Of a stretch of 37,535 nucleotides of DNA, positions 10,801 to 24,945 are shown in pieces. The notes under the pieces are model-generated. The model was not told the origin of the DNA. It saw nothing but the letters and a program-made list of their open reading frames with translations, and did no database searches. The stretch spans positions 213,801 through 251,335 of the forward strand of contig NW_014040553.1 in the NCBI RefSeq assembly GCF_001186125.1, written 5' to 3'. Numbering within the stretch: position 1 is the first letter of the stretch; each line of letters opens with the position of its first letter. The translations under genes and the position numbers were made by a program. This DNA is from Sphaeroforma arctica JP610 (taxonomy: Eukaryota).

Positions 10801-13800
10801 TCGATTGCTAATACACAACAACGTACAACAGTCGTCGATTTACACCTAAATTTCAAACAAACAACATACTCTATATACCAGCTGATACAGAATGGATGCA
10901 AAAGCCACACTTTTGGGATTATTCAGGTCGTCACTCCAGTCTAGTCGGGCCGCCAGCTGGTAGATGAGCGGAATAAACTTGAAGGAAGGTATTTTCCGTA
11001 GATCCTTGCGCATAAGACTGGAATGAAAGGAAGAAAATACCGCAAGTTATGATCAATTTCGCATTTCGCATATCGTATAGCACACGGGAATGTGTATATG
11101 ATAAATGTGGCTGATAAGAGCATTGTACGGCATATGTGCATTGTGCGCTTCGTCCTCCATGAAATTTCAGAGATCAAATATCAACATAAAAATTCCATCT
11201 GCATTGTAAATTTTCTAGCTGTTTTGCGCTCAAGTATGTTCGTTTCGCTAAACGAGCGTAAAACTGAGTTGTACCACATATTAACGTATACGACGACACA
11301 TTCGTTTCATTTTGGGCCGTATACAGTGACTAAGCGCGCACATTAGTCGAGTAAAACAATTGACAACATGAAATGGTCAGACAAATCGCTAACAGTCATT
11401 CACCTGTTCGCCAACGTGTAGAGTTTCGACAGAGACAATTTATTTTGATCGATCGAAAACCAGATTGACATCAGCCTGAAAACAGCGATATCGTACTTTC
11501 CACTGATTTCGAGGCAACGCTGTGGCAATTGTGGAATGAAGCAAAATGCGACTGTCAGGGAGCTATCGCGATGTATCAGTTTTACAGCTGGTGCATCCGC
11601 ACGTTGTAATATTTCGTAACATATGCTCGGTCGATGGGCTGATCAGTTGGGAAGACACCAATTGAGAGGAGTATAGCTCAAGTCAAAACGCTGCGACTTT
11701 TGTAGAGCACTTGAAGAGTGCTCAAAACCTCATATGCAACGCATCATTATGGTCTATATTGTCAGATTTCAACGGGTAGTTAATATTAGCAAATCCAAAA
11801 ATAAATAAATAAATCCGAGGACACGTGGGCATGCACAGAATCGACAGACAGTTCACTGTTGACCTGAAAGCTCATTTGCAATCAGCAAATCTCTCGATGT
11901 CTCAATATCAGATCCACCTGATGGCAATCTGAGAGGATTCTTGGCTGCTTGCGGTCTTATGTGTCCCGTTGCTGACAGACATACAGAAATAATAAGGGCC
12001 ACAGCTGCTTCAACCATGTATTAATTCACAAACGAACCAGAGCAAACGAATAGGGCCGAACGAAGAAGTGAAAAGCATACCATGTAATTCTGCAGGGTCA
12101 CACCTAAGAAGTTGTTCAGATTTGTTTCCACCTTTTTAGCTGTACCAGCATCATAGTTCAACTACAAGGAGAAAAAAAGTGATAACTTATGGCATGAACT
12201 CTATTCGGCATTTAGGAGTAATGGTTGGGCTAAAATAGGCGATGCGTTGTGCGAGCGCAACGCTTCGCCCTTGAGAAACTTGTTATCACAAAAATGGGGA
12301 TGGTGTTTACGGCCTGTATTTTGTATGCTTATACCAGAAAATCGACTTCCAACCGCACAGATAAGAAATGCATACGATGCTATCACATTGAGAGGGTATA
12401 GGTGGTACATGGTTGCACCTTGCCAACTGCGTGCATAGCAAGGGAAACTGAAAGCCAGTGACGAGGTGCAGGGTTGGGCTTCCTGTATGCACAAAGACTA
12501 TATGATAAGACTGGTGAGGAATACCAGAATCCGGAGTGCCCACAACCACTGGTACGGTCTTACCTCTCTGCTTCGCAGATTCATCTCACGAGTTAATAGT
12601 ACTCGTTCATCGTGTACAACATCCAGACGATTTTTGTACTCAATGTCGACGGGCTTGGTGAATTTGTGACTCCAATCCGTCTGTTCTCGTCTGTGATCAG
12701 TATAGACCTTCTTGCTCAAATCAATTTTCAGCTTCCTGCCCAAGTCTTTATATTCGGCGGTCACAACATTCAGGCGCTCCTTCATTAGGGTCAGATTCTG
12801 CAACAGGTGGATTGATAAGTAAATATGACGTGATAGCAAACTCTGCAGCCAGCGTGCGCGATCGACACGAGGTACACTCGAAGGTATGTCGTCAAAGCCA
12901 TTTGCAATGCCCAACGCCGAGTGATCACAACAAAATGTGGATTGTGCGTAGTCCGCAATATACGTATTACAATGACGCCGAAAGAAAGACTTCGAGAAAG
13001 AGCTGTAGAAGTTCATCGTAAAAGGAATACAAATCATCTACAGGGAAGATAAAAAGGCGGCAAAAATAATTTATGTGCACATACATGAATCTGACGAGAA
13101 GAATCTTCTATATATATGTTCGTATACATATGTTTCGACAATTATCACCTACATTGATTACATCTTGTAACAACATACCTGCTTCATGGACACTTTAACC
13201 TGCTGGGTCTCCTTCCACTCCGGAGACGCCAGCATATCAATTATGGACTGATAGTGCCCGTCCGCATATGTGGCGAGTGTGTGGTACGCCTCAGCCAAGG
13301 ATTCCGGTTCACATACGGGTTCATACTCTGCAATGCACCGCTGCATCTCAGTGATCTGCGCCTCTGGCCCATCGGCCTGGAAGATGCTTTTCCACTTGCA
13401 CTCCAGCAACGCAACCTTTGCGGTTAGTTGATCAAGTGCCACGAGGTCTCCATTCTCCGAATCAAGGGGTTGATGGTGATGTGATACCTGAATACATTTT
13501 GAGGTAAGCTTATCGTTTAGAACATATTTGTAAATAAAGTAATAGATTAATTGCTTCCCATCATCGCTAATAACACCATTAGATCCACTGAAGGTATGCT
13601 ACAAATGCTAAAAATTCGAAACTGAAATACAATTTGCTTTGCCCCAGCCCATCACTTTACACCTCTTTCCAGATGAATCGCTGATTATTGAATTCAGAAC
13701 TCCTACTATTTTAAACTTCTTCAATACGATATGAAACCACTCACATCGGTACGATCCTTAGACAGGCGAGCTCTCATAGTATGTAGCCACGACAGTGCAG

Positions 13801-16800
13801 TTTCCCACTGCTCCTCTTTCCGACTGGCTTCGGCCGATTGTAGCATCCACAGAGAGAACTCAGACGCTGTGTTGCCGACGGTTGTCGTACTAATATTGTG
13901 CCGGTTAGCATTGGATGAGTCCTGCAGGGAACGGACTGGGAGCTGGACATCGACACTCAGTCTACGCATCTCTAATATGAGTTGTCTGGCAAGATGCAAT
14001 CGGTCAGCGTTGCTCGCCAGATTGGAATATTCGCTGAGATGGACTAATTGCAATCGTCTGGCGGTTGTGCTGGGCGACAATACTAAATGCGATGGGGAAT
14101 AAGCCTTTAGTTCAATTGGTGTTTAAACAGACTAGTTTATATGAAGTAAAATAATCGAGATCAAACTGCATCGGTAGGAAAACTGTGACCAAAATCGAGC
14201 CATCCGAAAGGAACTGACTAGTACACACGCGCTACAGCAACTCTACTGTCTCTCAAAGCCACTATGCGGTGCAATCAAGGAGTCTTCCGTCAATCGAGAT
14301 GCGTGCTACCGAGAATAAATCAATTTAGAAGGGACGTAAAATAATATCGCGCAGTGTATATCCGAACAAAATTCACACCAACCATCAAAAGAGCTGTCTT
14401 CAATAGTCACCGCATCAACATCCGATAAAGGGTCTGACATTGCCAAGTAAGCACTTCTCATACCGGAAGTCCCAAACTCACTCCGCACCCGCAAGATGCC
14501 CAGGAGCACTTGTCGGACAGCCAACACAGGCTCAGTAAATGCAAAGTCATTCATGCGCCAGCAATTCAACCTTTTGTTCCACATTTTCACCATACTGTCC
14601 ACATTGGCAGCTGTCCGGGTGACTACAGTGCGTTGAATAGACGCTTTTGATGGACTGGATAGACTTGATAAGCTCCCAATACTACTTGTAGCACGCAAAA
14701 GGGCATGCGCCTCATTCATCTCGTTCAGACTGCTAAGCCATGCCAGGGCACTATACGTGCCTGCCATATTCTCGTGATTCGCTTGGCCTAGTTTCTGCAC
14801 GACCATGAGGTGTAATTGCCGTGCCGCGCTGGAGAACACACTAGCATTGTTGTCTGCCAGACCCTTCAAACATACAAATGTGAGTTGCTGCAACACTTCT
14901 CTGGACTTCTGTTGACCCGTAACAAGGTCATCTACGTCCATCGAGGATGCATCTGTGAGCCGCGTTAGGGGATGTGAACGAGGAGTAGGGGATAAGGAGA
15001 AACTTGCATCCCATTGACCTAGGCGCCAGGCAGCTTCGTACTGGTACTCGGCTATCTCGCTCTCCAGTTCCGGGTGCTTGGCCACAAGGCCGGCGGCGTA
15101 GTATTCCAGCACATGCGCATAGCCCATATTCTGCATGGCCGCCAAGATAGGGTTATGACCAACCCTTTTCCTCTCCATTCTATCTGTACCTAAACCCCCG
15201 TGCATATCGCGCAATCGAGCTCGCTGGTCGCTGAGAACCAGATCAGATGTCGAGAATGTGCCCAGGTAGTCTCGTTGGTGATCTTGGGCCAGCATACGTG
15301 TCGTGTAGCTGAGACAGAAATTGGCACCTGTCAGGCTATCAGGTTCATTGATTGCGCTGTAGATGTGAAGGAACAAACGCTTGTGGTCGGGGAGATCCTT
15401 GTCCACGACGGCCATGGCGTCGAACGTTGCGCTGTGTGTGGGGTTGTTGGTGATGCCACACCATAACTCGAGATACAGAAGGGCAGACAGATAAGAGCCA
15501 GCATTGTACGCAGCAAAGGCGACCTGTGTGGAAAATGTTGAATACAAGATAAAAATGGGTTAGGAGTAACATATAGTCGCGAAGAGTACAATTCTGTCAT
15601 GCACCAGAAGAACCAAGGGTATCGTTACAATCACTGGTGTATATTACTGTAAACAAAATTACACGACTGATAACAGTTTGCAGCAAATGTATGTCTCATG
15701 TAATTTGTACAATGGAGAACCGCTAGGCACATCCAGAAATGCTTGTTGCCAATCTCACACCTACTTTCTTATAGTCGATGTCGAGTGCCACTTCGTGCTT
15801 ATCAACATTCATAACACTGCCGAGGCTTGCACGAGACAAGTTTCGCTTGGATCTCGAAGTCTTTCCACTCCCCTTCCGGCCAGTCAACGATGCAGCTGCA
15901 CTAGACATAGATAACTCCCAATACGACACATCACACCCACTCCCGTACACAGTCCTACCCCCTATCGGGAGACTGACACGGCGCAGGTGGTCAAGCGCGG
16001 ATAATATGGCACGCACAGCCTTCTTCTCGTCGGCCGTGTGCTCTACTTTGGATGCGGCAAGTTTGAAGAAGGCACGGAAACCATCGGACAATTGGCGATA
16101 CATGTCTGGCGAGTTAAGCACACGACTACCGCTGGGCGACGGGGATTCTTTGAGCAGAGAGTAGATCAGCTCTGGCAGCAGAAATTCGCAGAAGTCGTAT
16201 TTGTACGGACAGACAAAGTAGCACGACAGCAGACTCTTATCCACGACACCAAAATTTAGGATCAGCGAGCAGCAGATACTTTGTATCCATACAACGTAGT
16301 CGACTCTAGCTTTTCGTGATTTTTGATCTTGTTGAGGGTTGCTATCTTGGAACACGCGCGTCCACATGGATATATCATGTGGCAGAAACATAAGAGAGGA
16401 GAGCAGCTTGCGGACACCCACATGCCGTGAATTGGGTGTCAAAGTCTCGACCGTTGACCCGCGGATCTCATCTAAGTACTTGTACAGTCGTGCGTACTTC
16501 TGCATTCGCCGGTTAGTGAATAGCCTGGTCTGGAACGGTGCCAAGTATTTGGCTATGTGGCTTTCATCCTCTGTATTCTCCAGACTCTCTATCTCCCGCA
16601 CAGCAGTCTGTATCTCTGGCAGTTCCAGCAAACAGAACAAACTCTTCTGCGCTGCCTCCACCACCAAAGAGTTTGGATCCGCGATGAACTCCGTAAGTTT
16701 CGCGAGAAGAGTCAAGGACCGAACTTCCTTCAGCTTAGCGATGGACTCCTTCGACTGCTCAGCCACCAGTCCACTCGAAGTCTGTTCTCCACTCACTTCA

Positions 16801-19800
16801 TCTATGTCCTGCGTACTCTTACGGGACGCAGACCTTTGCTTCACTGCGCGACTGGCGTTCCGCGAACTCAGCGTGTTCTGCTGCAAATCGGATATCGCTC
16901 GAGCAAGTTTGCTCCCCTCGCTATGTTCACCTAGCAACCGGCTCTCTCTAAATGCCTGCACACGTAGGTCGATACAGCCCACCTCACCCAAACAACTGCC
17001 CGCTGCCAGTTGCACGTCTGGAGGAACCTCAGGCCGGCACATCGTAATCAGAGAGCTCACTAGATCAGCAAGTAGAACCGTTACATTATCATCGTCCTCA
17101 GTAGCCGCGAGAATGTTCAGCTTATCACGCCTTTCCCGCAGCTGTTGTGTCAAGTGCTTGATGCCTGCCAGGCGCGACCCGGCATCGAGTGTGCGACCGT
17201 TATCAATAAAGCGCCGAATCTCTTGCTTGAGACTGAGCTTGCCGTAAGCTCTGCGCAGGGTCTTGTTCGCGGCGACGAAGTGTGTGCACTCAGGCAAAGG
17301 CTCCGTTCGCTGTAGGTGCGTGTAGTACAGTGTGTTCGTCTCTATACTCTTATCCACGAGCAACTGTTTGATCAAATTCGTAGCCTTTTCTGTAGTTCTT
17401 GATGCAACGGCGACTCTCGTACTACCCGAACTGGTAGTATCGGCGTTCGCACACATAGATATGTTATCAACATCCGAATCTGCACTACCAGGCAGTTTAC
17501 AATTCACGGCACCGTACGGATGGCTTATGCGCAGAAGAGCGGATAGGACCAGAGACAGCAGCCGGCCAGCCTCGTCTGGACTGTGTTCTAAACCAAATGC
17601 ACATGTATTCGCCAGCATGTCGATACACTCCTGAACAATAAATGTAAATACATGAGGCGGATGTCCATTTGACGGATTTTTCTAGGAATTTATGACATCT
17701 GAATAAACCAGACACACTTACAAAATGACTTCAGTTCGGTATCATGGCAACACATCTACACACCTCTCTAAAGATGAACTCATCTATTTGAAGGCACGAC
17801 AGCTGTATGCTCACGGCCGATCGGTAAACTAAATTGTTACCCAACAACGAGCCGATCCAATTTAAATATAACGAGAGTGCGGACAGCAGGCGACGGCGCT
17901 GCAGAAATATAAGTTGTTAACGAGTCATAAAATGTATAGAGAGTCCCTTTCGAAGTAATAAAATGTTAGGTATTTCATTGGGCGAGCCATTAGGACATTC
18001 GAAATTACGATAGGATAAGGGTACGTCTATGTCTCTGCAAAAAACTTACTGTGGGTGGGTAATTGCACTCCGCCAGCTTCTTTCCAAGCTTCATCAGCAC
18101 GACAGCGGCCACACCTGGAGAGCTGCGCACAGACTCTGCCTTTATATCACCCGCGCCGATTTTCAGGCGATTTATCTGACTCAGGCTAACAAGCATACTG
18201 GTCGAGTCGCAAGTCGGGGGCTGTGGCACAGGATCACTCGACCGTCCCAACCACTTATAAGCAAATGCAGAGGATATAGCTCGCAGAATGTCGTGCGGCT
18301 CTCTGCGTGGCTGTGGGACATCGACTGTTGTGGTTGCAGTAGTTGAATCACTTGCTGGTGAGGGTTCGTATAGTGTAAGCAGCAGCTCGACGATGAGAGA
18401 TTCAGGATCGTCGGTTATGATTTCGAGACATCGGTGTGCTCCAATATCCTTGTAAAGCTCGGCAAAACTTTCGTCAGAATAACTGCAAGGTGGTGAAGTT
18501 GACAGAGAATTTCGATGTGACCCATTCCGACAAAACCCTGTCATACACATTTGTTTGAGCACTGGCTGATGAGAACGACATGTAGCTTCCGAGTAGACCG
18601 TAACCACGATCATACCATACGCACAACACAGTAGAGAACAGATAAGCGACGAGCGGGGGTTTAGAAGCACAATGAGACAGTAGGAGATAAAAACGCAGTC
18701 ATATACTGCATACCCCTCACTGCAGAGTTGAGGCAAGGCAAAAGCGTGCACCTTGGGGAAGTTCTCCAGCAAAAGATCGGCGCACTGCTTACAAAACAGC
18801 TTGGCAACCCGGTCCAGCAGGTTTGTTGTTCCCTTGTAAAAGAACAGCGCCACGATATCGCTGATGAATTCGGTAGAGAGAGACCGAAACGAGCTGAAAC
18901 CTAAAGCCGGAGCCGGAAAATCTTCCAATATGATATCAAACTTGTACACCCAGTCATAGAGAGCGAAAGGGACGAATTCCGCGTAGATCTCTTCGGGGGT
19001 GCTATAATCAAGTAGTAAGGAAAAACCAAGGATTTCGTCAACCACCAGCGTGTAGGGGGCCTTGTGATGTCCCACCCACAGCATAAACGAGAAGCAGATC
19101 TTCGCCACGCACTGACAGCGAGTTCCCACCAGCATGAGATTATGCATGCTTGTTTCTAGTACACTTGCACTGATACGATCGGTTCCAACTGTGGACTGCA
19201 ACCGTTCCTCTATATCTCGCCTGAAGGCTGTGATGTATACGACTTGACTCTCGTCCGAGCGCAGCCGCAGGAAGGGGCTTAGGACTTCCCCGGCGAGTAC
19301 ACGAAGTTGGAAACTGCTATCAAATAGTGCCGCTTCGATTACCTGGAAAAAGCGAAAACTCATCCGTTAATTTGAAATTTGGCCACGCACAAAATAGGTG
19401 AGTACCATAATGCAAGCTACCATTAAAGCTAAAGCTATCTGTATCTGAAAACATTCAATTGGTATATTAACACATATCGCATCGAATCTACATGCATTTC
19501 AATGTTTGAATGACACAGAAAAAACGGGTAGCGTAGTAAAACATAGATATAGATTTTGAAACTTTCTCGCCAAGCGACAGAGCTCAGATGAACAGGAAAA
19601 AATTATGCAATAATCACAAACTCGCAATTCAGTTAAAATACAGGGCAATTAACAAAAATGCAAATTGATGGTGCATTCCACATTTCTCGGAGAAAGTTAT
19701 AATCCTGTAAACACATAAATTCATATGCATATTTACAGCAACTTGACCTATGTCTGATCCTCTGCTGTGTAATGATTGTTGCGTACGCAAAAATTGTAGA

Positions 19801-22800
19801 CAGCGACGTCAATTATTACATCCCGACCAGAAGACCGATTTCTACTTGTTGCATCCATATTTAAACATAGTCCGATGATCGCACAACCCTCAGTCGAATT
19901 AATAAGCGCCTGTCGTTCACAGCTGAAGAGTCACGGTGGAACACAAATCAAAGGATTGATACCAATATTTGTGGTACCAATTTTGCGATACAAAGCAAAT
20001 AAACAAACGTATGCACTGCTCAACATTTCATTATCATACCTCTCCAATAGTGATTATCACTTCAGCTCCTGGAGTCTCAGAGCTGATATCAACACCGGAG
20101 ATTGGCAGAAAAGCAAGAAAGTAACCACAGCAACGCAGATATAGAAGACGCTCAGGCCCGACCAACATTTGCTCATTGAACAAGTGATTGAACCCTGTAT
20201 CCAGTAGAAATACCAGGATACTATAGGCTGAATCCTCTGATGCACACTGCTGCCGTGTCACACCTGCCGCCATGACCTCTGGAAGGATTTCTGAGATTAT
20301 AGTAAGCGCATAGAGTTGCATGGGAGGTGTGTTCCAGTGCTGAAGAAAACCCTGGGTGCCCATCATCACATGATCCGCATAAGTGGCCGGCAAAGCCATA
20401 GAGAGTGCATGCCAGAAGGGCATCAGCAACAGAGTAGTCTTGTCACGCACCTCCCTCGTCAGTGTCTCTCCTAGAGCCATATCGATGTCGGTCGCAACGG
20501 CACTTTTACATATACTACCACCGGCTTTCACGCCACCCAAAACAGCTTTCAATGTTCGCAAAATGGGGATCATGGCCGTCTTGCCATGTATTTCCCGTAT
20601 CACATCACCGGCTGCGGGGAGAGCCAGACCACCGCGAGATGCAGCATGCACACGCGATGGAACTAGACCGGCTGCCTTATACTTCATCCGGCTGTTCGCA
20701 CTCGATGCAAACTCCGTATCGCTATCACTATCGTCGCCAAAACTGTCATGAGCCTGCAGCATCCCATTGTTCAGACGGCGTTTCTTCTTACTTCGGGGTT
20801 CTACAGAATTGTCCTGGGCCACTACTACAGTAAAGTCCCACGGCAGTCTGACTGCTGCGAGGCAGATATTACTTACATCGCTCAGCAATTGGGTACAAGA
20901 CAACTCTACTATGGTTTGAAGGGTTTCGATCATCCCTATACAAGTGTCCTCGCCATCCCAAGTTGCGTGCATGTGATCCTCAAGGTTGTCGTGGGCACAA
21001 GGTATATTAAATAGCATCTCCATCAACTTGGCCGTGCCTTCTAACACGATAGGATTGCTTTCGGCCAGTCGGAGTGTCGCTACTATCTCCGCCATTCTTG
21101 TCGATAAAAGTGTTGTGAGGGGGTGCCCTGGGGCTAAGATCATACCACCCAAGTGCACGGACATGGCTGTATACGTCAACAGTATCGCAATATGGCCAAA
21201 CTTGTAAGGTAGTCCAGTTGAATCATCGCGAATCGCAATATCACGTTCATTGGTGCTTGAAGAGGATGCTGGCATCGGCGTCTCTTCTCCTTTTTTCTCT
21301 GCTGCATAGAGCGTTTCTAGCACTTGAGTTTCCAGCGCTGGTATCACAGTAGGCGACAGTCTACATGATTCCTGCTCCCTCTGCTCCATCTGTGTTGTAG
21401 GTGACTCGCTCAGAATGACACCAACACCCTCATCGAGTGCAAACATTCCGTTTACCAGGCTCAGCATCTTCTCCTCCCAGCGTACATTGTCCCTATCCAA
21501 CGAAGGCAATAACGTGCACAACTTCATATACTTTCTCGTATGTTGCTGTGTTCTTTCCACTCGAGGAGTAACCCCTAGATAACTATAACAGCCATCCGCC
21601 TCGCCACCTTCCATCACGCCATCTGCTAATTTTTCCGGACAAAAGAATTGTGCCCCATTCTGGTACGATAGTGCAAAAAGTGCTGCACCAATGGCCTGGG
21701 CATCGCCCATTGTTAAGTCCGGGGCTTCTCTAGTATATTCTCCACCAGGTCGTCGGCTACGCTGTGCATCTTTGGGCGAGTTTTGCAGGGCTGACAAAAG
21801 CCAGGCGGTCAATTTAGGCTTCACAGATGACCCTCCTAGTGCTAGCACATCGCTAAGAAGCACGTTCGTGCCCATATCTCCGCTACTTCCAGTATGCTGA
21901 GCCGAAGTATTCCCCTCCAAACGGATGACCAACATCACAAGATCGACAGATACACGGGTAGGCTTGGCCCCAGCTGTATGCAACATATCCACTAACTGAT
22001 CAAGCAGTTCAGCAATCGCGCCTGCTGCCGGCAAGCGCTGCTGCACGATACTCTGCAAAGAATACAACACATTATTCGTGCACACCTGTTGCTTCTCACC
22101 GAAGAGACCCACCCCGGCGCTGGCGACCCTGCGATAGGCTGCTACCAGTTCAGATACCACCTTTCCCCACAATTCAGTTTGGACTTCTACCATTTCACCC
22201 CGGTAATCGCAGGCCATCGCCAAACCCTCGAGTGCATACGCGGCAGCAGAAACGCGTTCTGTCTCGTTCTTTGTTTGGTGACTTTTTGCGAGTACCTCTA
22301 CCATTGTGCGGATCCATCCTATCTTGCACTCAGCCGACAAACTGGGAAACTTTACAGCCAACGCCCTTGTGATTCCGATCGCGAGGAGATCACCACTCAC
22401 CAACTCTTGAGCCAACTCTACAGGCCCTAAAAGCGCGTTTGATGGCGCAAAAGACCTACTATTTGAGGGCAGAGTTGTATCGAAATCCGTAATACCCAGA
22501 TCAAGATCCAGTTCTATGCCTTCCGCAGGGTGCGATATAGTGCCGCCAGATTGACTCTGGGCCTTTCCAGGGGGCATATCATCAACATACATGGTAGTCG
22601 ACATGCCGGGAAAGAAACACTCAGGTGCCCGGAAGAACAGAACGTCCGCGGCCATGTCCATGTAGCACTGGTGCTCATAGGCAGATATGGTACTGTACGT
22701 CGATGTTGTTGTACGTCTACCAATGAACGGCACGGCGTTGTGTACCCGAGAGGTACGTTCCACGTGTTCACCTAAATCGCGCAGCACACATTTGTACACT

Positions 22801-24945
22801 CCATCTTCGCTCGGTATCTCCTTAAGTACTACGTTGGTAATGTGTCTGTCTAAAGGAACTACTCGGGACCCAGCAGGTCGGTGCGAAGTGGCCGGACTAG
22901 GCGATTGAGATGGTCGAGCGGGCCTATAGAATCTCATTCGAAAACGTATGTACTGTACGATTTCATGTTTCAGCTCAACTCTGCGGGTATCCCACAAGGA
23001 TACAAGGTTTGGGGAGACATAGGAATCCAACTTCCTAACTACACCAGGCAGATCCAATGCTACCGCCTGGCAGAAGTGAGTGGCCGCATTGAGCATCAGT
23101 TTAGTCGAGAGACCCTCCCCGCAATTAGCTTTGAAGAAGGCTGTGAGGCAGCTTGTAACATACCTGGCTACACTCGCGAGTCGAATACCCTCATAATAAA
23201 TCAACGCATGAACCACCTTGCACAGATTCTCTCTATCGCGCGGTGAAGTATTGTCACGCAATGTCGTGGCGAAGAATGAGAACATCTTCGTCCAGTCGCT
23301 GTCACTAATGGTGCCGATGTAGTCAATCACTGGTAGTATATACTCTGATAACATTCCTCGATAGATCGACAGGACGGGTATGGCACCGTACGCAGCTTCA
23401 CCGGTTATAATCGGTGTGATGTGCTCACTGACAAGTTTTTCCATACTCTCCATAGGAATAAGTGGGTATCCGTGGCGTGCCGAGAGTTTCAGCACCAAGC
23501 GTAACAGCTCGCATGCTTCCCGCAGATTCTTGTAGGGATCAGCCGTGGCCTTCTTCTTCTTTGCAATGGTAGCCTCTTTGTCCACACAGGTGACCACAGC
23601 GTTTGCTACTTCCTGAATAGTGGTATAAAAATGGTAAGTAATCACATAACTGTTCACATACTGTTATCCTTTATCCTTGTCCGATAAAAAACTTAGATAC
23701 CAGGGGAACGAAGCACATGCCACTTTACACAGAGAGGCTTCGCAGTATTGTACAACTAAGCATAAAAAAATCTGCTACTCTGATACTATCTGAGCTAGCG
23801 GGCTACCTAGTACGAACATCCCTATAGCAAAAAAGGACACAATCGATCATATAGGGGCAATGCCTAGATCGAGCGCACTGAATACTATGCGCACCATTAA
23901 AACAAAGCTATGCATTTGTATGCGTTGTTAGACTGGCACGTCAACAAAACGTACATCACCTTTTGGCTGCAAACATTGATTGATTGAATGATTAAGAGGG
24001 TACGCCGATTGATATGGATACCAGATTGTTACAAACAGAAACACACTCACTCAAGCACATATCATTTCGGGATTAAATTTTCACACACTAAGAAACTTCA
24101 ATTGTCCCATATGAAGTGTATAACCTTCTCAACCACTACATACGCCTTAAAGACAACGACTTAACAGTGGTTTAAATAATTCCACGATTTTATCAGATCA
24201 TCAATTTTGTGAAATCCATTTTGATTGTTAGTAAGGGTTGCATCTTTCTTTACAACCGTGCCTGATGCTAATGACCGTTTCAACTTTCACATCTACGTTG
24301 GTATATGTATTAATAAGCGAGAAAAAAGGCAGTACGTGCATCACTAGACAGCGCTGTTATCCAGACATAATTGGAGGATCTTTCAATATATCAAACTCAC
24401 ACTTATACGAAGGTCATATCGTAAACAGACAACAAAATTATATCGAAATAGCTACTGTACACTATGTTCAAGGGTTTGAAGCTAATAGGATGCGCGAGAC
24501 CATTATAATCATGTATTTATGTGCCACGAAAGAAGCTGTATCCAGGCTGCTACCGATTATTGAACTAGCATCTCATAGGCATTTTCACTCTAGCCTATCT
24601 TCAATAACTGGCCACGTAAGGTGTGATGGCAATGTAGTTTAGCAAGCACCCAGGTACGTATGATTCCTTACATGTGCACACCTGAGCTTATACGCACACA
24701 AAACAAATACACACATAAGACACAGATTTATATAAAATAAACCTGGTGATACACATACAAGAGAACACACATACCTGCCACATAACATGCCGGTCGTTGT
24801 CTCGTACAGTGTTGCTGTCGAATCTATCTAGATCGCCAGCACTGTCCAGAAGAAGTGTAAGTTGACTCCTAGCGTCCGCCCGAGTCTTTACCAAATCAGC
24901 GTGCAGTCTCTCGAACGTGCTACGATAGTCGAGATCCCAATCCAT
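4860..24945 (-). CDS. ATM: Serine/threonine kinase ATM/Tel1 (PIKK family), 23 exons, ~3544 aa
   Basis: Exons: 24945-24775, 23612-20040, 19342-18714, 18482-18050, 17898-17764, 17630-15765, 15523-14383, 14082-13745, 13487-13179, 12797-12564, 12161-12081, 11519-11404, 11017-10870, 10664-10584, 10027-9902, 9555-9499, 9020-8823, 8419-8224, 7700-7414, 6744-6490, 6207-6076, 5532-5464, 4919-4860. All introns GT-AG with matching phase; total 10635 nt. TAN-like N-terminus ([16 protein letters not shown]); FAT ([13 protein letters not shown]...[23 protein letters not shown]); kinase ([35 protein letters not shown]-type [22 protein letters not shown]); FATC ([19 protein letters not shown]). Some junctions in poorly conserved parts may differ. 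Confidence 0.95.

Noticed and set aside
10941..11177. ORF with [13 protein letters not shown] as an ATM exon needing a non-canonical acceptor
   Set aside because: The real exon is in another frame (11017-10870, [13 protein letters not shown]) with a canonical AG.
16339..17247. 302-aa plus-strand ORF and other antisense ORFs over ATM, SGT1 and ATP6V0B exons
   Set aside because: Antisense shadows of coding exons with no recognisable motifs.
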